Below, one piece after another: positions 8,501-15,804 of a DNA stretch of 21,151 bases. The position numbers were made by a program, and so were the translations under genes. The notes under the pieces were generated by a model, which saw only the letters and a program-made list of their open reading frames with translations, was not told the DNA's origin and did not search any database. This DNA is from an uncultured Bacteriovoracaceae bacterium (lineage in GTDB: Bacteria; Bdellovibrionota; Bacteriovoracia; Bacteriovoracales; Bacteriovoracaceae): assembly GCA_964012805.1 (NCBI GenBank), contig CAXGUD010000058.1, positions 1 through 21,151 on the forward strand, in the 5' to 3' direction. Position 1 is the first letter of the stretch. Each line of letters opens with the position of its first letter.

Positions 8501-9781
8501 GGAAAGGCCTTTAATTTTTCTACTACTTTGAACCCAGTGATTTCATTTGAAGATAAAAATAGATTAAAAGGGCAAGCCGAAGAGATTGTGAAAGAGGTTG
8601 AAAGTTTTGGTGGTGAAGTTATTGTTAACAGGGTTCATGAGGACCTCCCGGGGTATGCTGTTGGCCCGATGGTAGTTGAATTGCCAAAAAGTAGGGCTTT
8701 GGATGAAAAAAGTTTTGCGATAAGAGAATTATTTGGACCTATAATTCATTTAATACCTTTTAAAAGCTTGAAAGAGGCAATTAAAATCTATAACGGAACA
8801 GAATACGCTCTAACAGGTGGTATTTACTCACAATCACAAGATGATATTGATTACGTCGTATCAAAAATTGAATCTGGTAATGTCTATGTAAACAGAACAA
8901 TTACAGGTGCAAGAGTTTCCATTGAGCCTTTTGGTGGCTTTAAATTCTCGGGGACAGGCCCTAAGGCTGGAGGTAAATCTTATGTGGGAAGCTTCCATTT
9001 GTTTAAAGAAGGGCTTTCAAAAAGTGAAGATCTTGTTTTAGACAAAGAGGAAGAAGGATCAGCTTATCAATTCGACTTATGCTTAAACTCTTCTAGTCAG
9101 CCAATGAAAAGCAGAAATGAAGAAATATTCTTCCTAGGCCTTAAAGAAATAGAAAAGTCATTAGAAAGCTTGTTTGGTGGAATTTACTCCAGGCCTCGTG
9201 ATGTTTTAAAAGAACTGGAAAGTTGGGTTAAAGTAAAAAACTTATCTGAAAGTATTGGGAATAGAATGATACCGGGGCAGTTGAGTTTTAATAATTACTC
9301 ATTAAGTGAAATGGGGATCGTCGTATTTGGCTTGAATAAAAAACCAGATTTATCTACCCTCCTTTATGTGCTGATTTCTGTTTATAAAGGAGTTGGTGTT
9401 ACAGTTTTAACAAGGGGTAAGGAAAGTTATTCTTTCTGGGAAACAATAAGGTCTTCATTTGGAAAGAATGGTCTCTCTAAAAGCTCCTTTGATGTATTTT
9501 TTACTAATGAATCTTTAATGCTTGAAAGTTTGAAGCATCCTGACTGTAGAAGTTATATTGTTGATGCTAGTGAGAAAAAAATAAAGGATCTTCTTCACTC
9601 TATTTATTCCGAAAGCACCTCAACAGATAGGCATATGAAAAGTATTTTGACACCTCTCGATGCTCCATCTGTTAGAGACTTTGATAAGTATTTTGAGCAG
9701 ATTTCATTAGTCAGAGCTTTTGCAGTTAATATTATGAGGCATGGAGCTCCAATGGACTTAGATGGAGAGCATTTAAATTGA
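5585..9781 (+). CDS. putA: Bifunctional proline dehydrogenase / glutamate-semialdehyde dehydrogenase PutA, with N- and C-terminal extensions
   Basis: PRODH motifs ARRFIAGE, VSIKVSAL, IRLVKGAYWD, ASHN and YLVRRIMEN. ALDH motifs ISPWNFPLAI, FTGS, EMGGKN, FGHAGQKCSA, ELFGP and PFGGFKFSGTGPKAGG. RBS GGAGG. Confidence 0.95.
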   Translation: MMTVEEINDVPLKLGAEDWTFCFYKHLTPFFLDDRGYLSESIKKIFLNLTNLRKNNFRKQLHIKSVPFLVGFFFDEKKIRISSPRLGRELFLITELENYSWPEASNEEEKFEAFKNHADKLASLKIADTPSEIELLTSNYKLPDLLTEKKYTSDIEVENKKLVKEILRLLNQYNPSLFERVSDFGLSLTAEYALIRIHLLKFLAILPSLDYDLSGYEVKRILLESVRRLLDDSKTAKAKERKGQAKAIPLFLFFPLYLFYILASLTPALFLAKTIRSSVRFLARRFIAGESIELASESLGKLYQSGRDATLDQLGELVVSEKEADHYLDEVLKLIKGFSSHVPKGAKNKAGVNRAHVSIKVSALSSDFKPYAFDYTYRSVAPRLIKILLEAKKEDVFINIDAEHIHYRDIVFQIYKKVLLETDELKTFSATGIVIQAYLKDAFVHFEEVLSLAKVRGLTMPIRLVKGAYWDAETFESDAHSVEAPQFLNKEETDLHFRQLIIRTFEASPHLLLCLASHNFSDHCFAKVIQKKYFAETPEFEHQCLHMTYEALSTSLGQMGWAVRNYVPVGSLIVGMAYLVRRIMENSSQVGVLTIMRSHKSAKGLSTPTNVHLNKREKGNLKREITSSSLIKEFFNTSPVRMYYENERAWVEKSMISFREKGLTSFYKNPFELKGEKTDIISSSDTGILVGSITFGTKEDAERALETSSKYYNQGLWSKLSWQERSSLLLKVAELLTLRRNEFASLIVYEAGKTILEALGDVDEAIDFLDFYAREEGVIQKRENGEVLSRGVTVVISPWNFPLAIPCGMVSAPLVAGNTVILKSAEQTPLVAQKLIDLFHEVGVPKEALIHCPGEGEVVGDALVNSPRTAAIVFTGSRAVGSAIFKKASQRMIKNELHGNVYPVKVITEMGGKNAIIVTANAELDETVSGILYSAFGHAGQKCSAASRILVDEKVLDRLKERLKEACLDMEVGKAFNFSTTLNPVISFEDKNRLKGQAEEIVKEVESFGGEVIVNRVHEDLPGYAVGPMVVELPKSRALDEKSFAIRELFGPIIHLIPFKSLKEAIKIYNGTEYALTGGIYSQSQDDIDYVVSKIESGNVYVNRTITGARVSIEPFGGFKFSGTGPKAGGKSYVGSFHLFKEGLSKSEDLVLDKEEEGSAYQFDLCLNSSSQPMKSRNEEIFFLGLKEIEKSLESLFGGIYSRPRDVLKELESWVKVKNLSESIGNRMIPGQLSFNNYSLSEMGIVVFGLNKKPDLSTLLYVLISVYKGVGVTVLTRGKESYSFWETIRSSFGKNGLSKSSFDVFFTNESLMLESLKHPDCRSYIVDASEKKIKDLLHSIYSESTSTDRHMKSILTPLDAPSVRDFDKYFEQISLVRAFAVNIMRHGAPMDLDGEHLN

Positions 9782-10587
9782 AAGAAGAAAAAAAGATAAA
9801 GTTAGCAGTTTTAGGTTGTGGTAATATGGCCGCCGCTTTAGTGACTCGTTTTTGTAATGAGTTTGAAAACTTGGACGTTTTTACTTTCACTCCAACAAAT
9901 AAAAGGGCCGTTGAGCTTGCTGAAAGGGTTGGTGGGCAAGCCTGTAAAACAATAGTAGAAATACCAGAATGCCAATTCTACTTGGTTGGATGTAAGCCAC
10001 AGCAATTTGATGAATTAGCAGAAATGTTAAGACCCCACTTAAATGGTAGTGCAGTTATTGTTTCCATGATGGCCGGGAAGAGCACAGAAGTGATTAGTAA
10101 AAAATTGGAGTCTCCAAAAATAATTAGAGTAATGCCTAATACGCCTTCTCAAATAGGAAAAGGCGTTCAATTACTTTACTTTTCTAAAAGTGTGGATGCA
10201 AATGAGCAAAACTTTGTGGAAGAGCTATTTAGCTCTTCAGGTGAACTTTTTATTTTTCAAAATGAAGACCAAATTGACTTAGTAACACCTCACTGTGGTT
10301 CTGGACCAGCTTTTATCTTTGAGCTTGCAAGAATTTTAATTGCTGACCTTGAAGAAAAAGGTATCAGTCGTATTGGGGCTGAAAAGATGATAAAATATAT
10401 GCTTTATGGGGCATCGTCTTTGTTGCTAAATAGCACAGATTCTCCAACAGAGTTAAGAAATATGGTTACTTCTAAAGGTGGTGTAACAGCAGAGGCCTTA
10501 GGTGAACTTGAACGAGGAAATTTAGAAGAGGTTTTTAAAACAGCTATAAAGAAAGCCCATAAAAGAGCCAAAGACCTTTCTTATTAA
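9778..10587 (+). CDS. proC: Pyrroline-5-carboxylate reductase
   Basis: LGCGNMA, KPQ, IIRVMPNTP, GSGPAF and LRNMVTSKGGVT. The TTG start overlaps the putA TGA (TTGA), with GGAG upstream. Confidence 0.93.
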   Translation: MKEEKKIKLAVLGCGNMAAALVTRFCNEFENLDVFTFTPTNKRAVELAERVGGQACKTIVEIPECQFYLVGCKPQQFDELAEMLRPHLNGSAVIVSMMAGKSTEVISKKLESPKIIRVMPNTPSQIGKGVQLLYFSKSVDANEQNFVEELFSSSGELFIFQNEDQIDLVTPHCGSGPAFIFELARILIADLEEKGISRIGAEKMIKYMLYGASSLLLNSTDSPTELRNMVTSKGGVTAEALGELERGNLEEVFKTAIKKAHKRAKDLSY

Positions 10588-10598
10588 GGAGAGTCCAC

Positions 10599-11504
10599 GT
10601 GTTGATTGATAAAATAAACCTTAACCTCTTAAGAATTTTTGAAAAGGTTTATGAAACAAAGAGTATGACTCGGGCCAGCCAAGAGCTTTTTATGACTCAG
10701 TCAGGAGTGAGCCAAAATATTAAGCATCTTGAAGAAATTCTTGAATTAAAATTATTTGATCGTGTTAAGCAAAGGCTTCTTCCAACAGAGAAAGCCTCAA
10801 TCCTCTATGAGAATTGTAAAAAAAACCTTAGAGGGATTGAGCAAACTTTGTTGCGGGTAACTGAAAAAGAAGAGGAGCTAATGGGAAGTGTTTCTATTGG
10901 CTTACCGATAGAGTTTGGAAACAATTTGGTCCTGCCATTGCTGCATAAACTTGGTGAAAAGTATCCTAAGGTAACCTATAGAATTAAGTATGGATTGGGG
11001 CAGTCAATTAATAAGGAGCTTTTGTCGGGAGGGTTGGACTTTGCTTTTGTGGATGATTTTAATTTTGATAAAAGAATTAAGTTAAAGAAAATTACAGATG
11101 AGACTTTAGTCATGTGTGCTTCGGAATCTTATATGGTAAAGTTTGGTCCTATTAAAAATAAAAAGAGTTATTTTGAGAATCTAGATTATCTAGATTATCT
11201 TCCTGATGCATTTGTCACGAGATCATGGTTTAAACATCATTTCAATATGTCTCAGCTTAATTTGAATTTAAGAGCTTCTTTGTTTGATGTAAGTGGTCTT
11301 TCTAAAATGATCACTTTAGGGATGGGTGTCGGTGTTTTACCTCTTTATTTTGTAGAAGCTCTTCAAAAAAGAGGACAAAAATTAGTTAAATTTCAAGGTA
11401 GTGGTAAACCTCTAAAAAATGAGATAAGCGTTGCTTGGTTAGATGGAAAAACAAAGAGTGCAGCCTCAGACTTTTTATTTAATTATCTAACGACATCTTT
11501 TTAA
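10599..11504 (+). CDS. LysR-family transcriptional regulator
   Basis: N-terminal HTH INLNLLRIF..SMTRASQELFMTQSGVSQNIKHLEEILELKLFDR, 301 aa. GTG start with AAGGAG RBS, 11 nt after proC. Confidence 0.95.
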   Translation: MLIDKINLNLLRIFEKVYETKSMTRASQELFMTQSGVSQNIKHLEEILELKLFDRVKQRLLPTEKASILYENCKKNLRGIEQTLLRVTEKEEELMGSVSIGLPIEFGNNLVLPLLHKLGEKYPKVTYRIKYGLGQSINKELLSGGLDFAFVDDFNFDKRIKLKKITDETLVMCASESYMVKFGPIKNKKSYFENLDYLDYLPDAFVTRSWFKHHFNMSQLNLNLRASLFDVSGLSKMITLGMGVGVLPLYFVEALQKRGQKLVKFQGSGKPLKNEISVAWLDGKTKSAASDFLFNYLTTSF

Positions 11505-11505
11505 G

Positions 11506-12012
11506 TTACTTTTTATAATCTTCTCTTAAGGAGTGGCAGTTGTAACCTAGAGGGTTTTTTTCGAGGTAATTCTGGTGATTATCCTCAGCCTCAAAAAATG
11601 TTGTAGCTGGAACAATTTCAGTCACTGCAGGATTTTTAAACCCACCGTACTTATCAAATTGATTTTTTTCCTCCAGTGCGATCTTTTTTTGTTCTTGGGA
11701 GAAGTAAAATATGGCACTCCTGTATTGGGTTCCTGTGTCATTTTTTTGTCGGTTTAATGTAGTAGGGTCGTGAAGTCTAAAGAAGTAATTAACTAGAAAC
11801 TGATAGTTAATAAATTCAGGAGAAAAGATAACCTTTACGGCTTCAGCGTGGCCTGTCGTTCCAGTGCATATGTCTTCGTATGTGGGGTTTGAAATATGGC
11901 CACCAGTATAACCGACACATGTTTTTGACACACCTTTGCACATCTTAAAGTAATGCTCGATGCCCCAAAAGCATCCTCCTGCAAAGAGGGCCGTTTCCAT
12001 TGTTCTGTTCAT
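11506..12012 (-). CDS. msrA: Peptide-methionine (S)-S-oxide reductase
   Basis: GGCFWG, GYTGG, PTYEDIC.GTTGHAE, HDPTTLNRQ.ND.GTQYRSAIF and AEDNHQNYL.KNP.GY.C. Start reassigned to ATG 12012 because AAGGAG lies 5 nt upstream. Confidence 0.96.
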   Translation of the reverse strand: MNRTMETALFAGGCFWGIEHYFKMCKGVSKTCVGYTGGHISNPTYEDICTGTTGHAEAVKVIFSPEFINYQFLVNYFFRLHDPTTLNRQKNDTGTQYRSAIFYFSQEQKKIALEEKNQFDKYGGFKNPAVTEIVPATTFFEAEDNHQNYLEKNPLGYNCHSLREDYKK

Positions 12013-12205
12013 GGTACTCCTTTGGTTTATTCTCATTGTTATTTTTTTGTAGGTCAAGTATTGAGTTCTTGGTTTATTAAAGATCCTAACTTTGAAAAAT
12101 ACAGGTTTTCTTAATATTTTTATGAAGGGCTATTCTTTGTAAGAAAACTGTGTCAACATTAAGGAAGTGCTTTGGCCGTTTTAGGCTTCCTGGAATTTAT
12201 ATTAT

Positions 12206-12239
12206 AAAAAGAAGCCCTTTTTAGGAAGGGCTTCTTTTT
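12206..12239. terminator. Intrinsic, potentially bidirectional terminator downstream of cheW
   Basis: Perfect 14-bp inverted repeat AAAAAGAAGCCCTT-tttagg-AAGGGCTTCTTTTT, about 37 nt past the cheW stop. Confidence 0.85.
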
Positions 12240-12276
12240 GTTTATAAATATGGAGCCTTTTTGGATTATTTGTCTT

Positions 12277-13158
12277 TTAGGCAGCCGACGCTCCCTCTAT
12301 ATCAAGAAAGAGGATCTCTTCTTCCTCTAATTTATAGAAAACGTAATGTTTCTCGTTGTCTTGACTTAGTGTTTCAAGTTCGTAAACTTCTTTTGGTCCA
12401 AGCTCTATCACTTCTTCTGTAGCGTCGGCAATCAAGCCGATTATATTTTCTTCGACATTCATCACAATAATAGATTTTAGGTCTTCACCATTTATTGGCA
12501 CAACATCCTTGCTCGATTTATTTTCAATTTCATAGGGTGAGTTTAATATGGGGATGATTTCGCCCCGCAGACTGACCAGCCCAGCAAACTTTTTTTGTTT
12601 AATGGGAAGTTTTATAACATTTTTTTTATTTACAACCTCTACTAGATGATCAAGGTTAATGGCAAATTTCTTCTCACCTTTGACGAATGTAAAGAAAAGA
12701 GATTTCCTTTTTTTTATTTTTGTCTCTTCTTCTTGATTTTCAGAAGGGTCTTTATTTTTATCTATTATCCAATTATCAAGAAACTTGAGAGGCTCATTTT
12801 TATTTGGTACCAAGTTGTCTCGATCTTCAAATCCTTTTTTCAATTCTACACAGTATCTTTCAAGAACTCTAAAACTATCAGAAATGAAAAACTTTAAAAT
12901 AGTAAGGTCGTCTTCAGATATATTTTTTTTTGTCTCGAGAACAACTTTTATTTTTTTAAGCAGCTCGTTTAATGATATTGATACTTTCAAAAGGTAAGGA
13001 TAGTCGCATTTTTCAACAAAAGCTATAAATGGATCAATAACACTTTTTGTATTATCAAAAAAAGTTTCAGTGTTTATTTTTACATCATTAATGTTTTGAC
13101 TAATATTATGAAAAGCCTTTATGTTATCTTCAAAAAAATTTGTGTTGTCTTTTTTCAT
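12277..13158 (-). CDS. cheW: CheW-domain protein with a ~130-aa N-terminal helical extension
   Basis: C-terminal FFTFVKGEKKFAINLDHLVEVV..LP....FAGLVSLRGEIIPILN..IIVMNVEENIIGLIADATEEV is a CheW signature. Lies directly downstream of cheA. Confidence 0.85.
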   Translation of the reverse strand: MKKDNTNFFEDNIKAFHNISQNINDVKINTETFFDNTKSVIDPFIAFVEKCDYPYLLKVSISLNELLKKIKVVLETKKNISEDDLTILKFFISDSFRVLERYCVELKKGFEDRDNLVPNKNEPLKFLDNWIIDKNKDPSENQEEETKIKKRKSLFFTFVKGEKKFAINLDHLVEVVNKKNVIKLPIKQKKFAGLVSLRGEIIPILNSPYEIENKSSKDVVPINGEDLKSIIVMNVEENIIGLIADATEEVIELGPKEVYELETLSQDNEKHYVFYKLEEEEILFLDIEGASAA

Positions 13159-13185
13159 ATATTTTTTACTTTAGTTATTGTTAAA

Positions 13186-15267
13186 CTAAGCTGCTTTATC
13201 TTTTTCTTTTATTGAAAGAATTTTTGTAAATAGCTCACTCGAGGAAATAACAAATGCAAATGTTTCGTCAGTCAAGTAACAAGTACCTCTAAAACCAGGT
13301 ATTTTAGGGAGAATTTTATTGAATGGACGAACCACCGTTTCAAGTTGTCTATTTATTTCTTCAATTACAACTGCAAGTTTTTCTCCTTCTTCCTCAAGAA
13401 CTAGGATTACTTTAGGTGTTTGGGTATTTGTACTTTCTTTCTCACTAGTATCTAAGAAGTCAGAGTAAGTTGAAATAGGAATATCATCACCTTTAAAATT
13501 ATATTTTCCATTTGAAAAAATAGATTTGACTTGGTCTTTATCGATATTCTCTACCGCAATAATGGATTTGGATGGAAAAGCAACATATTCACCTTTATGA
13601 GCTCCAATCATAAACTTTTCTACAAGAAGGGTTTTTTGAACGGGTATTGTAATTGTTATTTCGGTACCTTTCCCCTTCTCGGAGTTTATATGAATTTCTC
13701 CATGAAGTTTATCGATATGATTTTTGACCACATCCATTCCAACTCCTCTCCCAGATACGGAAGTAACTTCTTCCGCTGTTGAGAAGCCAGGATGAAAAAT
13801 AAAATCAAAGATCTCCTGATCTGTAAGGTGATTTATCTTTATTGGTTCGACTAATTCATTTTTAATTGCTTTAGCAAGGATAAGGTCTTTATCCATACCT
13901 TTCCCATCATCTTGGACCTTTACAATTATATTATCTTTCGACTCTTTAACTTCAAGAGTAATATTTCCAGAGGGGTTTTTACCGAGACTTTTTCTTTCCT
14001 CTGTATTTTCAATACCATGATCACAAGAGTTTCTTAGGATATGAGTTAAGGATAAATTTAAGGCTTTTGCTACATTTCGATCAACTGAAATATCAGCACC
14101 TTTTATTTCATATTTTATAAGTTTTCCTAAATCATGAGCAACCGTTCTTATAAGTCTGGGGATTCTATTAAGAAATTTGGCCAAATTAAATTGACGAATC
14201 TCCATTATTTTACTTTGGAATCTATCAGTAATTTTGTTCATATTGTCATAAAGATCTTCTATATCTTTATAATCTTTATTCTTATCTTCTTTCATCTTCT
14301 GCTGGATTAATGTTTTAAAATTATTTTTTAGATTTACTAGGTCACCTGTAAGATTGAGGAGCGAATCTAATTTTGGGTTTGAAACAAAAAGACCATCATC
14401 AATATCTAGGCCAAGAGTAATATCTGCAGCTTTTATTTTTTTCCTAGGGTGTTCTTTTGGATAATCTATATATGTTACTTTTCTTAGATTTGCCTCAAGG
14501 TTATCGAGTTCTTTTATATACCCTGAAGATATTTTTTCGTTGGAATCCAGAATACTTAAAAGTTTAAGGCAATTATCTTTTGCATCAAGGAAAAGACTTA
14601 TACCATCAGCATTAGGCCTCTTTTTATCTTTTTTTATTTTTTGTAAACAAGTCTCCCAGACATGAACAAGTTTTGCAAGAATTTCGCATCCTTCTACCGC
14701 CAGGGCACCACCCTTGATAGTATGAAGTCTTCGGAAAAGGTTGTTCACTGTCTCATCTTCATAGTACTCTTCTTCTAACCTAAGGATATAGTTGTCAGTA
14801 TTGTCAAAAAGATCCAATGATTCTTCTATGAAACTTTTTTTAATAAGAAGAAGTTCTCGAGCTTCTTCTTCTTTTTTAGCAATGAAGTCATTTACATGAC
14901 CTGTAATTATTTTTTTGAATAGGTTTGGATCAAGCGGTTTTTCAATAAAGTCATTGAGACCTTTTCTCATTCCATCAATAACGAGTTGTTTATCAGCTCT
15001 TCCTGTAATCATAATGATGTTAGTGTCAGGCAGAATTTTCTTAAGCCTTTTACTGAGCTCTATACCATTTCCACCCGGCATAGAATAATCGACAAGAATA
15101 AGAGCAACTTCATCGTCTTTAGTTTTTACTATAGCTTCTTCTATATTAGAGGCAACAATGGTTTGGACACCTAGATCGATATCTTCAATATAGTCGCAGA
15201 TGACTTCTCTGACATCTTCTTCGTCATCGACGACTAAAATTTTTGGTCTAGGTTCAATTTTTTCCAT
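13186..15267 (-). CDS. cheA: CheA-like histidine kinase with N-terminal receiver domain (REC-Hpt-dimerisation-HATPase-CheW)
   Basis: REC: ILVVDDE..LILVDYSMP..MITG..FIEKP. Hpt: LFRRLHTIKGGA. HATPase: LTHILRNSCDHGIE, DDGKGMD, IFHPGFSTAEEVTSVSGRGVGMDVV. C-terminal CheW-like P5. ATG 15267 is preferred over TTG 15306. Confidence 0.93.
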   Translation of the reverse strand: MEKIEPRPKILVVDDEEDVREVICDYIEDIDLGVQTIVASNIEEAIVKTKDDEVALILVDYSMPGGNGIELSKRLKKILPDTNIIMITGRADKQLVIDGMRKGLNDFIEKPLDPNLFKKIITGHVNDFIAKKEEEARELLLIKKSFIEESLDLFDNTDNYILRLEEEYYEDETVNNLFRRLHTIKGGALAVEGCEILAKLVHVWETCLQKIKKDKKRPNADGISLFLDAKDNCLKLLSILDSNEKISSGYIKELDNLEANLRKVTYIDYPKEHPRKKIKAADITLGLDIDDGLFVSNPKLDSLLNLTGDLVNLKNNFKTLIQQKMKEDKNKDYKDIEDLYDNMNKITDRFQSKIMEIRQFNLAKFLNRIPRLIRTVAHDLGKLIKYEIKGADISVDRNVAKALNLSLTHILRNSCDHGIENTEERKSLGKNPSGNITLEVKESKDNIIVKVQDDGKGMDKDLILAKAIKNELVEPIKINHLTDQEIFDFIFHPGFSTAEEVTSVSGRGVGMDVVKNHIDKLHGEIHINSEKGKGTEITITIPVQKTLLVEKFMIGAHKGEYVAFPSKSIIAVENIDKDQVKSIFSNGKYNFKGDDIPISTYSDFLDTSEKESTNTQTPKVILVLEEEGEKLAVVIEEINRQLETVVRPFNKILPKIPGFRGTCYLTDETFAFVISSSELFTKILSIKEKDKAA

Positions 15268-15327
15268 TCTGTGTTTCCCAGTCTCTCCACTCAAGTGAAG
15301 AAACAACCTTTTTTCTGTCTCTGGAAT

Positions 15328-15354
15328 TTATCGACTTTATTAAAAAAAACTTTA
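15328..15354 (-). promoter_or_regulatory. Sigma-28 (FliA) promoter upstream of cheA
   Basis: Minus strand reads TAAA-gttttttttaataaa(15 nt)-GTCGATAA, against the consensus TAAA-N15-GCCGATAA (one mismatch). Confidence 0.8.
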
Positions 15355-15503
15355 GAAAAGGCAGAAGAGGTAAACAGAATAATTTGCTCAATATAGCTTT
15401 TTTATAAGGTACTTATTTCAGGTTTAAGCAGAGTGTATTTTATTACCTGATGAGATCTTTTTTGTTGAGTTAAATAATGTAGCGAATATCAGAGTATTTT
15501 CGT

Positions 15504-15635
15504 TTAATGGTGAAAAGGGTCTTCGCCTTCTTTTACAACGTCCTTATCGAAGTCCATATTGGCTATGATGACAGATATAGGCATGCTGGCCCATCCAACC
15601 ACTAGGATTAAAGCTACCCAAATTTTTTCGTCCAT
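15504..15635 (-). CDS. 43-aa single-pass small membrane protein
   Basis: MDEKIWVALILVVGWASMPISVIIANMDFDKDVVKEGEDPFHH. Strong RBS GAGGAG 9 nt before ATG 15635. One hydrophobic segment and an acidic tail. Confidence 0.7.
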   Translation of the reverse strand: MDEKIWVALILVVGWASMPISVIIANMDFDKDVVKEGEDPFHH

Positions 15636-15703
15636 ACCCTCTCTCCTCAATATCTTGTGCGTTGAAGTGAAGTCTGTCTCAAAGAGCACATACTACGCAT
15701 AAA

Positions 15704-15730
15704 GTATCGTCTTATCTATAAAAAAGTATA
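15704..15730 (-). promoter_or_regulatory. Second sigma-28-like promoter, upstream of the small membrane protein
   Basis: Minus strand reads TATA-cttttttatagataa(15 nt)-GACGATAC (3/4 and 6/8 matches, exact spacing). Confidence 0.5.
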
Positions 15731-15804
15731 ACATGATAAGTAAATTTTGTGAGAAGGGAAGGTTATATAAAATCATCCTGCAACCAATGTTCCCTTTTCA
15801 CTTT

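Noticed and set aside
12058..12205. Possible sRNA or riboswitch between the cheW terminator and msrA
   Set aside because: No recognisable motif or structure beyond the terminator. It is consistent with an msrA promoter region (TTGACC and TTGACA hexamers with weak -10 matches).
11575..15174. Plus-strand ORFs 11575-11757, 12646-12897, 12785-12997, 13531-13782 and 14986-15174
   Set aside because: Antisense to msrA, cheW and cheA. Their Phe/Ile-rich composition is what the reverse of Lys/Glu-rich coding sequence produces.
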